NCBI GenBank assembly: GCA_036558005.1
Contig: DATBGO010000144.1
Coordinates: 12,004-76,003, forward strand
Direction of reading: 5' to 3'
Source: Streptosporangiaceae bacterium
GTDB lineage: Bacteria > Actinomycetota > Actinomycetes > Streptosporangiales > Streptosporangiaceae
Length of the DNA: 64,000 nt
Both the position numbers and the translations under genes were made by a program. The number at the start of each line of letters is the position of its first letter. Within the stretch, counting starts at the first letter, position 1. Below, piece after piece: positions 34,373-43,903 of the stretch. The notes under the pieces were generated by a model that was given only the letters and a program-made list of their open reading frames with translations, ran no database searches and was not told the origin of the DNA.

Positions 34373-35572
34373 ATGGGGCAGATTGTCCTGGACCAGGTCA
34401 GCAAGGTGTACTCCGGTGGCGTGAAGGGCATCGACGACCTCAGCCTGGAGATCTCCGACGGCGAGTTCATGGTGCTCGTCGGCCCGTCAGGATGCGGCAA
34501 GTCCACCGCGCTGCGCTCGATCGCCGGGCTGGAGGAGATCAGCTCGGGGACGATCTCCATCGGCAGCAGGGTGGTGAACGACCTGCCGCCCAAGGACCGT
34601 GACATCGCGATGGTGTTCCAGAACTACGCGCTCTACCCGCACATGACGGTGGAGCAGAACCTCGCGTTCGGGCTGCAGCAGCGCAAGACGCCGCGCGATG
34701 AGATCAGGCGCCGGGTCACCGACGTCGCCAGGATGCTCGGCCTGGAGGAGTACCTCAAGCGCAAGCCGGCCGCGCTGTCGGGCGGGCAGCGGCAGCGGGT
34801 GGCGATGGGCCGGGCGATCGTCCGCGAGCCGCAGGCGTTCCTGATGGACGAGCCGCTGTCCAACCTGGACGCCAAGCTGCGGGTGTCGATGCGCGCCTCG
34901 CTGTCCCAGCTGCACGACCGGCTGGGCGTGACGACCGTCTACGTCACCCACGACCAGGTCGAGGCGATGACCCTGGGCCAGCGGGTCTGCGTGCTGCGCG
35001 ACGGCAAGCTGCAGCAGGTCGACAGCCCGCAGGTGCTGTTCAGCTCGCCGGTCAACCTGTTCGTGGCCGGCTTCATCGGGTCGCCGGCGATGAACTTCAC
35101 CCGCGCCGAGCTGGTCCGCGACGACGGCCCCGCGGTCACCTTCGCCGGGCACCGGCTGCCGGTGCCGCAGTCGGTCATCGACGCCAGGCCGGGGCTGGCC
35201 GGGTACTTCGGCCGGGAGCTGATCCTGGGCGTGCGGCCATCGGACTTCGAGGACGCCAGCCTGGCCGAGCCCGGCTGGGCCCGGATGCAGGCCACCGCCG
35301 GGGTGACCGAGTCGCTCGGCAGCGAGATCCACGTCCTGTTCAGCATCGACGCGCCCCCGGTGGAGCACGCCCACCTCAGCCAGACGGTCGCCGACAACGA
35401 AGAGGACGCCGCGATCCCGCTGACCGGCGGCAAGACGCTGTGGACCGCGCGGGTCGCGGCCCGCAGCAAGATCGTCCCAGGGCAGCCGGTCGAGCTCGCC
35501 GTCGACACCACCAACCTGCAGTTCTTCGAGCCGGACAGCGGCCTGTCGGTCGGCCGGGCCGCCGTCAGCTAG
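34373..35572 (+). CDS. Carbohydrate ABC transporter ATP-binding protein (MsiK/MalK/UgpC type)
   Basis: Walker A GPSGCGKST, LSGGQRQRVAMGRA, Walker B FLMDEPLSNLD, plus a C-terminal regulatory (TOBE-like) domain. No permease gene is adjacent. Confidence 0.9.
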   Translation: MGQIVLDQVSKVYSGGVKGIDDLSLEISDGEFMVLVGPSGCGKSTALRSIAGLEEISSGTISIGSRVVNDLPPKDRDIAMVFQNYALYPHMTVEQNLAFGLQQRKTPRDEIRRRVTDVARMLGLEEYLKRKPAALSGGQRQRVAMGRAIVREPQAFLMDEPLSNLDAKLRVSMRASLSQLHDRLGVTTVYVTHDQVEAMTLGQRVCVLRDGKLQQVDSPQVLFSSPVNLFVAGFIGSPAMNFTRAELVRDDGPAVTFAGHRLPVPQSVIDARPGLAGYFGRELILGVRPSDFEDASLAEPGWARMQATAGVTESLGSEIHVLFSIDAPPVEHAHLSQTVADNEEDAAIPLTGGKTLWTARVAARSKIVPGQPVELAVDTTNLQFFEPDSGLSVGRAAVS

Positions 35573-35585
35573 CCCGCCGCCCGGG

Positions 35586-37883
35586 CTAGGGCCCCAGCAC
35601 CGCCGCCGGCGGCAGCCGGGCGGCGTGCCGGGCCGGGATGGTCGCGGTCAGGCTCGACGCCACCACGGCGGCGGCGACCGCGGCCAGCATCGCCGCCGCT
35701 GACGGCGGCCGGCCGATCCCGGCGCCGATGCCGTACGCGCGGGCGCCGAGGTTGATCAGCGCCGCGCAGGCCAGCAGCCCGGTCAGCGCGCCCACCGTCA
35801 CCGCGACCAGCGCCAGCACGCTGGTCCTGGTCAGCAGCGAGGCCCGCACCTGCCAGGGAGTCAGGCCCATGGCCCGCATCGCGCCGACGTCGCGGGCGTG
35901 GTCGCGGATGCCGACCAGCGACGCGGTGAACAGGTTGGTCAGCCCGATGACCGCCAGCACCGCGATCAGCCCGGCCAGCATGAACCGCACCACGTCCAGC
36001 TGCCCGGCCGGGCTCTGGGTTTCCTCCACGTCGAGCCGGTTGGCCGAGGCGCGCAGCAGCCGGGCCCTGGCCGCGCCCGGCGGCACCCCCGGCCGCAGCA
36101 CCAGGCTGTAGTAGGCGGCGGGCGCCGCCGCGCCGGCCTGGCTCAGCGTGTCCCTGCCGTAGGCAAGCACCTGGCCGCTGTATTCCGGCTCGATGATCCG
36201 GCCGACGATGTGGAAGATCACCGGGACGCCGCCGATCGGCATCCGGACGAAGTCCCCGACCCGCAGGTGGCTGACGTCCAGCAGGCCCTGGCTGGCCACC
36301 GCCTCGCCGGGCGCGCGGTAGAGCCGGCCCTGCGCCACGTGGAACGGGAACGGCCGGGCCGAGGTGCCCGTCCCCAGCGTCGTCACCGTGGTGGTCTCCC
36401 CGGGCAGCAGCGCGGGCACCCGCACCGACCGGTACACCGCCGCCACCTGCGGGTCGGACTCGACCAGCTGCCAGGCCCTGGCGCTGCTCAGCGCGCCGGG
36501 GCTGACCGTCAGCGCCGCGGCCAGGCCGATGTCGGCGGGATGCTGCTGCACGTCGTCGAGGGTGGCCCAGAAGCCGAGGCCGATCGTGATCATCAGCATC
36601 GGCACCGCCAGGCCGCCGATCGTCAGCGCGGCCGGCAGCCGGCGGACGAAGGCGCCGCGGGCGCCGAGCACGATGGCCGGCGGCAGCCGCGACTCCAGCG
36701 CGGTCCGCGCCAGCCGGGACAGCCGCCCGCGCGGCTGCGCCGGGCGCACCGCGGCGACCGGGGAGACCAGGCCCGCGCGCAGGCTGGGCACCGCGGTGGC
36801 CAGCACCACCGCGAGCTCGGTGCCGCCCGCGATCAGCAGCGCCCACGGGCCCGGCACCGGGGTCGCCGCCGCGACCACCCCGCGCCCGGTGTCCAGCAGC
36901 GCCGCGGTGAGCAGCCGCTCGGCGGCCAGGCCGGCCACGATCCCGGCCGCCCCGATCACCGCGTGCTCGGCCACCAGCACCCCGGCGACCTGGCCGGGCG
37001 TGAACCCGAGGGTCTTCAGCATGGCCAGGTCCCGCAGCTGCAGCAGCACCCGGCCGCCGGTGGCGTTCAAGATGGCCAGCACCGCCGCGCCGAGCGCGAC
37101 CAGGCCGAACAGCGCCAGCAGCAGGCCGAGCAGCGGGTCCTTGCGGGCCATCGACTGCTTCACCTGCTGCCAGGTCGCCACGCTGATCACGTGCCTGCTG
37201 CCCAGCTGGGTCACCATCTGCTGGACCACGAACCCGGTCGCGGCCGGGTCGGCGATCCGCAGCCCCACTTCCTCCTGGGTGTGCCGGGTGACCGGCTCCA
37301 CCCGGTGCAGCAGGCCGGGCGGCACCCACATCAGCCCGGGTGTCTGGTCGGGGTAGAACCCCTGGTCGGAGGTGTCGGCCAGGCCGGTCACCCGGACCCG
37401 GGCGGTGTTCCCGTCCAGGCCGCCGACCAGCAGCGTGCTGCCCGCGCTGACGTGGATCGCCTGGGCCAGCGAGGACTCCAGCACCACCCCGTCCGGCTGG
37501 CCGGGCCGCAGCCAGCTGCCCTGGCGGACCAGCATCCGGCCCAGCTGCGGCATCCTGGTCCCCATCGCCCGCAGCTGGACCTGGATCCGGGTCCCGTCCT
37601 CCGCCAGGGTCGCGGCGGCCACCGGGTAGGGCCCGGCCACCCCGGTGACCCCGTCCACCCGGGCGGCCAGCCCGCGCACGCTGGTGCCCTGGGCCAGCCG
37701 CAGCCAGATCTGCGCGCCCCTGGTCTGGTTGAACAGGCCCTGCCACGGGTTGGTCGCGCCTTCCAGCAGCGCGGCCGACAGCAGCAGCGCGGTCACCACC
37801 CCGGCGATCACCGCGGCGGCGGCCAGCAGCTGGCCGCCGCGGGCCCGCACATCCGCGCGGATCCAGCGCAGGATTCCGCGCAC
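35586..37883 (-). CDS. ABC transporter permease with two FtsX domains
   Basis: 765 aa starting at GTG 37883, 2 nt after the ATPase stop. Multiple TM segments and large extracytoplasmic loops, MacB/FtsX-like. The remaining 5' part of the track ORF (to 38702) is out-of-frame overlap with the ATPase gene. Confidence 0.8.
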   Translation of the reverse strand: MRGILRWIRADVRARGGQLLAAAAVIAGVVTALLLSAALLEGATNPWQGLFNQTRGAQIWLRLAQGTSVRGLAARVDGVTGVAGPYPVAAATLAEDGTRIQVQLRAMGTRMPQLGRMLVRQGSWLRPGQPDGVVLESSLAQAIHVSAGSTLLVGGLDGNTARVRVTGLADTSDQGFYPDQTPGLMWVPPGLLHRVEPVTRHTQEEVGLRIADPAATGFVVQQMVTQLGSRHVISVATWQQVKQSMARKDPLLGLLLALFGLVALGAAVLAILNATGGRVLLQLRDLAMLKTLGFTPGQVAGVLVAEHAVIGAAGIVAGLAAERLLTAALLDTGRGVVAAATPVPGPWALLIAGGTELAVVLATAVPSLRAGLVSPVAAVRPAQPRGRLSRLARTALESRLPPAIVLGARGAFVRRLPAALTIGGLAVPMLMITIGLGFWATLDDVQQHPADIGLAAALTVSPGALSSARAWQLVESDPQVAAVYRSVRVPALLPGETTTVTTLGTGTSARPFPFHVAQGRLYRAPGEAVASQGLLDVSHLRVGDFVRMPIGGVPVIFHIVGRIIEPEYSGQVLAYGRDTLSQAGAAAPAAYYSLVLRPGVPPGAARARLLRASANRLDVEETQSPAGQLDVVRFMLAGLIAVLAVIGLTNLFTASLVGIRDHARDVGAMRAMGLTPWQVRASLLTRTSVLALVAVTVGALTGLLACAALINLGARAYGIGAGIGRPPSAAAMLAAVAAAVVASSLTATIPARHAARLPPAAVLGP

Positions 37884-37885
37884 GC

Positions 37886-38668
37886 TCAGCCCCGCAGCCG
37901 CAGCACCGCGGGCACCGGGGCCCGGCCGGGGCCAGGCGCGGGCGGCGGCACCGCCGCGTCGTCGGCGACCACGCCGTCGTACATGCTGATCACCCGGTCG
38001 GCCATGCTGGCCACCCGGGCGTCGTGGGTGACCAGGATGATCGCCTGGCCGCGGTCGTGCGCCCGGCTGAGCAGCCGCAGCACCGCGCGGGTGCCGGCGC
38101 TGTCCAGGTTCCCGGTCGGCTCGTCGGCCAGCAGCAGGCTGGGCTGGTTGGCCAGCGCCCTGGCCAGCGCGACCCGCTGCTGCTCGCCGCCCGACAGCCG
38201 GGCTGGCGCCGCGTCCGCCTGGCCGGCCAGCCCCAGCTCGGCCAGCAGCTCGTCCCTGCGGGCCCGGGCCTGCCGCCGGGTGGCGCCGCCGATGAGCGCG
38301 GGCAGCTCCACGTTGTCGGCGACGCTCATGCAGGTCACCAGGTTGAAGAACTGGAACACGAAGCCGATGTGGTGCCGGCGCAGCACCGCCCAGCGGGCCT
38401 GGCTCAGCCCGTCCACCCGGGTGCCGTTCAGCCAGATCTCGCCGCTGGTGGGCCGTTCCAGCCCGCCGAGCAGGTGCAGCAGCGTCGACTTGCCCGCGCC
38501 GGACGGGCCCATCACCGCGGCGAACTCGCCGCGCCGCAGCCGCAGGTTGACCCCGCGCACCGCGGTGGCGGGGACGCCATCGCCGCGGAAGGTCTTGGTC
38601 AGGCCGGCTGCCCGCAGCAGCAGGTCCCCGCCCGGCTGGGCGGGCCGCGGCGGGCAGCTCCCGGTCAA
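37886..38668 (-). CDS. ABC transporter ATP-binding protein (MacB/LolD type)
   Basis: GPSGAGKSTLLHLLGGLERPTSG, FVFQFFNL, LSGGEQQRVALARAL, LLADEPTGNLD, ILVTHD. Confidence 0.9.
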   Translation of the reverse strand: MTGSCPPRPAQPGGDLLLRAAGLTKTFRGDGVPATAVRGVNLRLRRGEFAAVMGPSGAGKSTLLHLLGGLERPTSGEIWLNGTRVDGLSQARWAVLRRHHIGFVFQFFNLVTCMSVADNVELPALIGGATRRQARARRDELLAELGLAGQADAAPARLSGGEQQRVALARALANQPSLLLADEPTGNLDSAGTRAVLRLLSRAHDRGQAIILVTHDARVASMADRVISMYDGVVADDAAVPPPAPGPGRAPVPAVLRLRG

Positions 38669-39171
38669 ACCAGCTCCTCCTGGCAGCGCTCCAGCCAGTC
38701 AAGGTCGGCCTGCACGTGCAGCATCGCGCCCTCGATCAGCAGCCGCGGGATCCTGCTGCCCCGGTCGGCGCTGCTGGCCAGGCCGGTCAGGCTGCGCATC
38801 TGCTTGAGGTAGTGCCGGCGCTGCCGGTTGATCAGCTCCATCCGGTCGGTGACCCCGGCCAGCGGCCCCAGCGCCAGCTTCATGAAGAAGTCGTCCCGCA
38901 CCCGCGCCCCCTCGCTGGGCGCGTCCGCCCAGGCGGCCAGCGCGTCCCGGCCGGCCGGGGTCAGCTCGTACACCCGCTTGTTCGGCCGGGTGGCCTGGAC
39001 CACGTCCTGGCTGCGCACCAGCCCGTCGCGCTCCAGCCGCTGCAGGGTGACGTAGATCTGGCCGACGTTGGGCGGCGGGTAGGCCTCGCCGAAGATCTGT
39101 TCCAGCTGGCTTTTCAGCTCGTAGCCGTGTGCTGGCTCCTTGGCCAGCAGCGCTAGCAGCGGTAGGCGCAC
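38665..39171 (-). CDS. PadR-family transcriptional regulator
   Basis: LLALLAKEPAHGYELKSQLEQIFG....NVGQIYVTLQRLERDGLV with a C-terminal dimerisation helix region. 4-nt overlap with the ATPase gene. Confidence 0.9.
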   Translation of the reverse strand: MRLPLLALLAKEPAHGYELKSQLEQIFGEAYPPPNVGQIYVTLQRLERDGLVRSQDVVQATRPNKRVYELTPAGRDALAAWADAPSEGARVRDDFFMKLALGPLAGVTDRMELINRQRRHYLKQMRSLTGLASSADRGSRIPRLLIEGAMLHVQADLDWLERCQEELV

Positions 39172-39431
39172 GACCCCGTCCCCTTCTCCCTGGCCGGCCC
39201 GCGGGCCGCGGCGTCACAGACGGCAGGATGCGGGGTCAGCCTGCCCTCGGACCCTCATCGTCGCACAGACATAACGAATGTGCATGACTGCTATGTTCGC
39301 GGCATAACGGCCGGCCGCGCGGGTAGCGGGCTGCGGACCGGCTGGCATCCGGGGCCCCCGCTGCCCTACATTGACCATTACCTAACAGCGCTATATAACA
39401 CGCATATACAGCGCCCGCCCGGACGGAGCCC

Positions 39432-40739
39432 ATGCCGCGCATCAGCTCGCCCCGCAGGCTGGCCGCGCCGCGCGCGGCCGGCCTCGCGCTGGCCGCCGCG
39501 CTGGCGACAGCCGGCTGCGCCGCGGCCGGCGCGGCCCCGCAGCGCGCCCTGGACAGCGCCACCGGCATCGGGCCGGTCACGTTCGTGACCGGGAAGGTCG
39601 ACACCGGTTACCTGCCGACCCTGATCGGCCAGTGGGACGCCGCGCACCCCGGGCAGCGGGTCACCGTCATCCAGCTGCCCGACGACGCCGACGACCAGCA
39701 CGCCCAGATGGCCGCGAACCTGCAGGCCGGCAGCACCTCCTACGACGTGCTGAGCCTGGACGTGGTGTGGACCGCCGAGTTCGCCGCCAACGGCTGGATC
39801 GTGCCGCTCAGCCCGCGGCTGTTCCCGCTGGCCAGCTTCCTGCCCCCGGCCCTCGACACCGCCAGGTACCAGGGCAGGCTGTACGCGGTCCCGTTCACCA
39901 GCAACGCCGGGCTGCTGTACTACCGCAAGGACATCCGGGCCAGGGCCGGCCGCCGGCCGCCGCGGACCTGGGCCCAGCTGGCCAGCCTGGCCCAGGCCGT
40001 CGCCCCCCGGTACGGGCTGGCCGGCTACGCCGGGCAGTTCTCCGCATACGAGGGCCTGACGGTCAACTTCGCCGAGGCGGTCCAGTCCGCGGGCGGGAGC
40101 ATCCTGTCCGCCGACGGCACCCGGGTCACGCTCAACAGCCCGCAGGCACGCGCGGGCCTGAACTTCCTGGTCAGCGGGCTGCGGCAGGGCTGGATACCGC
40201 AGGCCGCGCTCAGCTGGGACGAGGAGGCGTCCCGGCGCGCGTTCGAGGCGGGCCAGCTGCTCTTCCTGCGCAACTGGCCCTACGTCTACGGGCTGGCCAG
40301 CAAGCCGGGCCCGGGCAACAAGGTGGCGGGCAAGGTCGGGGTGACCGCCCTGCCCGGCCCGGACGGCCCCGGGTCCAGCTCGCTGGGCGGCGCGAACCTG
40401 GCGGTCAGCGCGTTCTCCCGGCACCAGCGCACCGCGCTGGCGTTCATCAGGTTCCTCACCAGCCAGGCCAGCGAGCGGCAGATCCTGATCTCCGCCGCGC
40501 TGCCGCCGGTGTGGACCCGGCTGTATGACGACCGCTCGCTGGTCGCGCGGTTCCCGTACCTGCCGGTGCTGAAGAAAGCCATCCTCGACGCCAGGCCGCG
40601 TCCCCAGACCGCCAGCTACAACCAGCTCAGCCTGGCCATCTCCAGCGCGGTGCACCAGGCGCTGACGCAGCGGCAGGGCGTCCCCGCGACCATCTCCGCG
40701 CTGTCGGCCGAGCTGGCCCAGATCGTCCGTAACCAGTGA
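39432..40739 (+). CDS. Sugar ABC transporter substrate-binding lipoprotein (family 1 SBP), copy 1
   Basis: Signal peptide with lipobox LATAGC. DVVWTAEFAANGWIVPL, YYRKD, NWPYVYG, GGANLAVSAFS are typical of carbohydrate SBPs. Confidence 0.85.
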   Translation: MPRISSPRRLAAPRAAGLALAAALATAGCAAAGAAPQRALDSATGIGPVTFVTGKVDTGYLPTLIGQWDAAHPGQRVTVIQLPDDADDQHAQMAANLQAGSTSYDVLSLDVVWTAEFAANGWIVPLSPRLFPLASFLPPALDTARYQGRLYAVPFTSNAGLLYYRKDIRARAGRRPPRTWAQLASLAQAVAPRYGLAGYAGQFSAYEGLTVNFAEAVQSAGGSILSADGTRVTLNSPQARAGLNFLVSGLRQGWIPQAALSWDEEASRRAFEAGQLLFLRNWPYVYGLASKPGPGNKVAGKVGVTALPGPDGPGSSSLGGANLAVSAFSRHQRTALAFIRFLTSQASERQILISAALPPVWTRLYDDRSLVARFPYLPVLKKAILDARPRPQTASYNQLSLAISSAVHQALTQRQGVPATISALSAELAQIVRNQ

Positions 40740-40786
40740 CACCGAGGTCATCGGGTCTCCCCCACGAGAACAGAGGAGGTGGCCAC

Positions 40787-42109
40787 ATGCGGATGTGGCC
40801 CAACGATCACCACCGCGCCCCACGGCGGGCGCTCATCTCAGGTCGGCCGGTGGCCGGCCTGATCGCCGGCGGCGCGGTGCTCGCGCTCGCCGCGGCGGGC
40901 TGCGGCAGCAGCGGCGGCTCGTCGGCCGGCAAGCAGGTCCCGGCCAGCGCCAGGCAGACCATCGTGTTCGCCACCCAGGGCCTGGGCACCGAGGGCACCG
41001 CGACCACCGCGGCGGTGAAGGCGTTCGAGAAGCTGCACCCGAACATCAAGGTGCAGATCCTGGCGCTGTCGCCGACCTCGAACGTGGCGCTGCAGCAGCT
41101 CGAGCAGCGCTTCATCTCCGGGTCGAGCACGCCCGACGTGATCACCACGGACGTGACCTGGCCGTCGACGTTCGCCCGGTCGGGCTGGATCGCCAACCTG
41201 AACTCGTTCCACCCGGCGACCAGCTCGTTCTTCCCGGCCCAGATCGCGACCGGCCAGTACAACGGCGGCGTCTACGCGGTCCCCTGGTTCATCAACGCCG
41301 AGGGGGTCTACTACCGCACCGACCTGATCAAGAGCCCGCCCACCACCCCAGCGCAGCTGGTCAGCGACGCGCAGGCGGCGCTGAAGAGCGACAAGAAGCT
41401 GAAGGAAGGGCTCGCGTTCGAGGGCGACAAGTACGAGGGCTCGGTCACCGCGTTCCAGAGCTTCGGCGGCCAGATCGCCAACAGCCAGCTCTCGAACATC
41501 AACACCGCGGCCAACGTGCAGGCGCTGACCTTCATGTATGACGCCATCCACACCAGCAAGATCTCCCCGTCGGCGGTGACCACCTGGGAGGAGTCCAACG
41601 TGCAGGCGGCCTGGCAGTCCGGCCAGACGCCGTTCGCGCTGAACTGGCCGTACATCTTCCAGCTGTCCGAGGCGAAGGGCTCGAACCTGGCCGGCAAGAC
41701 CGGCTGGTTCCCGTTCCCGAACGCCAGCGGCAAGCCGCAGGCCTCGCTGGGCGGCGACGACCTGGCCGTCAACTCCAAGAGCACGCACCAGGCCGCGGCC
41801 TACTCGCTGATCAAGTACCTGACCAGCGACTCGGCCCAGATCACCCGGGCGATCAGCGCGGGCGACCCGCCGTCGGTGAAGTCCGCCTACAACTCCCAGC
41901 TCTACAGTGCGGCGCCGTACTACAAGCAGGAGCAGGCCGTGTACGCGGCGGCCACCCCGCGCCCGGTCACCCCGGTGTACCCGGACATCTCGACTCAGCT
42001 GCAGACGATGATCTCCTCGGTGCTGTCCGGCCAGGCGTCGCCGAAGGCCGCGCTGTCGGCGGCCGCGCCGACGGTGGCACAGCTGAACCAGACTGTCTCG
42101 TCTTCGTGA
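40787..42109 (+). CDS. Sugar ABC transporter substrate-binding lipoprotein (family 1 SBP), copy 2
   Basis: GAGGAGG RBS 8 nt before ATG 40787. Lipobox LAAAGC. DVTWPSTFARSGWIANL, YYRTDL, NWPYIFQ, GGDDLAVNSKS. Confidence 0.85.
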   Translation: MRMWPNDHHRAPRRALISGRPVAGLIAGGAVLALAAAGCGSSGGSSAGKQVPASARQTIVFATQGLGTEGTATTAAVKAFEKLHPNIKVQILALSPTSNVALQQLEQRFISGSSTPDVITTDVTWPSTFARSGWIANLNSFHPATSSFFPAQIATGQYNGGVYAVPWFINAEGVYYRTDLIKSPPTTPAQLVSDAQAALKSDKKLKEGLAFEGDKYEGSVTAFQSFGGQIANSQLSNINTAANVQALTFMYDAIHTSKISPSAVTTWEESNVQAAWQSGQTPFALNWPYIFQLSEAKGSNLAGKTGWFPFPNASGKPQASLGGDDLAVNSKSTHQAAAYSLIKYLTSDSAQITRAISAGDPPSVKSAYNSQLYSAAPYYKQEQAVYAAATPRPVTPVYPDISTQLQTMISSVLSGQASPKAALSAAAPTVAQLNQTVSSS

Positions 42110-42116
42110 GCGCTTC

Positions 42117-43070
42117 ATGACGACGCGTCAGCAGTCCGTGCCGTCCGGGCCAGCCACGCTGGCCCGGACGGCACGGGGGGCCAAGTTCAGCCTGCTGGCA
42201 CAGGACCGGAGGTTCGGCTACTCGATGGTCGCGCCGCTGGTCGTCGTGCTGCTGGCGATCACCGCCTACCCGCTGTTCTACAACTTGTGGAATTCCTTCC
42301 ACCACGTGAACTACCTGGCCCCGCCACTGGGCGGGTTCGCCGGGGCAGCCAACTACTCCAAGCTGTTCACCGACAACCAGTTCGTGCCCTCGCTCGAGCA
42401 CACCGTCGGCTTCACGATCGTGTCGGTCGCGCTGGAGACGGCGATCGGCCTGGCCCTGGCGGTGGCGCTGAACAAGCCGTTCCGCGGCCGCGGCGTCGTG
42501 CGGGCCGCGGTGCTGATCCCGTGGGCGGTGCCCACCGTGGTGTCGGCCGAGCTGTGGCGGACGATGTTCGACCCGCAGTCAGGGTTCGTGAACTACATCC
42601 TGACCGAGTTGCACCTGCCGCTGGCGCACACCACCTGGCTGGCGGGCACCTGGACGTCGTGGGCCGCGGTGCTGACCGCCGACGCCTGGCGGAACACCCC
42701 GTTCATGGCGATCATGCTGCTGGCCGGGCTCCAGGTCATCCCTGGCGACATCTACGAGGCCGCCAAGATCGACGGCGCCAGCGCGTGGCAGACGTTCCGG
42801 CGGCTCACCCTGCCGCTGCTCAAGCCGGCCCTGATGGTCGCGCTGGTCTACCGCACGGTGTCGTCGTTCCTGATCTTCGACGTGATCTACATCATGACCA
42901 AGGGCGGCCCGGGGACCTCCACCCAGGTGCTGGGCTACCTGAACTGGCAGGCGTTCCTGACCGACTTCGACTTCGGCTACGGCGGGGCCGTCTCGGTGGC
43001 CCTGATCGTGTTCGCCCTGATCATCGCCGCGGCGTACGTGCGGGTCTTCCGGACCGAGGAGGCACGATGA
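42117..43070 (+). CDS. Sugar ABC transporter permease (MalF/UgpA-like)
   Basis: Six TM segments. EAA-type loop DIYEAAKIDGASAWQTFRRLTLPLLKP. Confidence 0.9.
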   Translation: MTTRQQSVPSGPATLARTARGAKFSLLAQDRRFGYSMVAPLVVVLLAITAYPLFYNLWNSFHHVNYLAPPLGGFAGAANYSKLFTDNQFVPSLEHTVGFTIVSVALETAIGLALAVALNKPFRGRGVVRAAVLIPWAVPTVVSAELWRTMFDPQSGFVNYILTELHLPLAHTTWLAGTWTSWAAVLTADAWRNTPFMAIMLLAGLQVIPGDIYEAAKIDGASAWQTFRRLTLPLLKPALMVALVYRTVSSFLIFDVIYIMTKGGPGTSTQVLGYLNWQAFLTDFDFGYGGAVSVALIVFALIIAAAYVRVFRTEEAR

Positions 43071-43903
43071 TCCCGATGGGCAAGGCCGCGAAGCGGACCG
43101 GGTTCTTCCTGCTGCTGGCGATCTTCGTGGTGGTCAGCCTGTTCCCGTTCTACTGGATCGTGATCACCTCGCTGAAGACCAACGGGCAGATCCAGCAGGG
43201 CACCTCCAGCCTGCTGCCCGGGCACGTGACGTTCAGCAGCTATATCACCGACCTGACCAAGGAGGACTTCGTCCGGCCGCTGCTCAACAGCGCGATCGTG
43301 TCGCTGGCGGCCACCGCGGTCACGGTCGTGCTGGCCTCGCTGGCCGGCTACGCGGTGTCCCGCACCCGGATGCGCGGCAAACCGCTGGTCTTCGGGTTCA
43401 TCCTGATCGCCGGCTTCTTCCCGATCATGGCGATGGTCGGGCCGCTGTTCATCGTGTACCGGCACATCGGGCTGCTGAACTCCTACCCCGGCCTGGTCGT
43501 CGCCAGCCTGATCTACACGCTGCCGATCGCGACCTGGCTGCTGACCAGCTACTTCTCCCAGATTCCCGTGCAACTGGAAGAGGCCGCGATCGTCGACGGG
43601 GCGACCAGGCTGCAGGCGCTGCGCAAAGTGATCATGCCGGTCGCGCTGCCCGGCGTGTTCACGGTGACGATCTTGTCGTTCATCCTGGTCTGGAACGACT
43701 TCACGTTCGCGCTGTCGTTCCAGAGCAGCCCGAACATGTTCACCGCGCCGCTGGCCATCGTGAACCTGGGACAGAGCCAGTTCCAGACGTTCTACAACCT
43801 CATCGACGCGGCAGTGGTGATCATCTCGATCCCGATCGCGCTGATCGTCATCTTCGCCCAGCGCCGGATCGTGTCCGGGCTGACCGCGGGGGCGATCAAG
43901 TAG
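43067..43903 (+). CDS. Sugar ABC transporter permease (MalG/UgpE-like)
   Basis: FPFYWIVITSLK, EEAAIVDGATRLQALRKVIMPVALPG. ATGA overlap with the upstream permease gene. Confidence 0.9.
   Translation: MIPMGKAAKRTGFFLLLAIFVVVSLFPFYWIVITSLKTNGQIQQGTSSLLPGHVTFSSYITDLTKEDFVRPLLNSAIVSLAATAVTVVLASLAGYAVSRTRMRGKPLVFGFILIAGFFPIMAMVGPLFIVYRHIGLLNSYPGLVVASLIYTLPIATWLLTSYFSQIPVQLEEAAIVDGATRLQALRKVIMPVALPGVFTVTILSFILVWNDFTFALSFQSSPNMFTAPLAIVNLGQSQFQTFYNLIDAAVVIISIPIALIVIFAQRRIVSGLTAGAIK

Noticed and set aside
35586-38702. Single 1038-aa ORF suggesting a fused ATPase-permease. Likewise the 1022-aa ORF at 57083-60151 and the 844-aa start at 63808.
   Set aside because: The N-terminal portions are out-of-frame overlaps with the upstream genes (ABC ATPase, pafB, sugar dehydrogenase). 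Internal GTG or ATG starts that form 4-nt or near-adjacent junctions give sensible domain boundaries.
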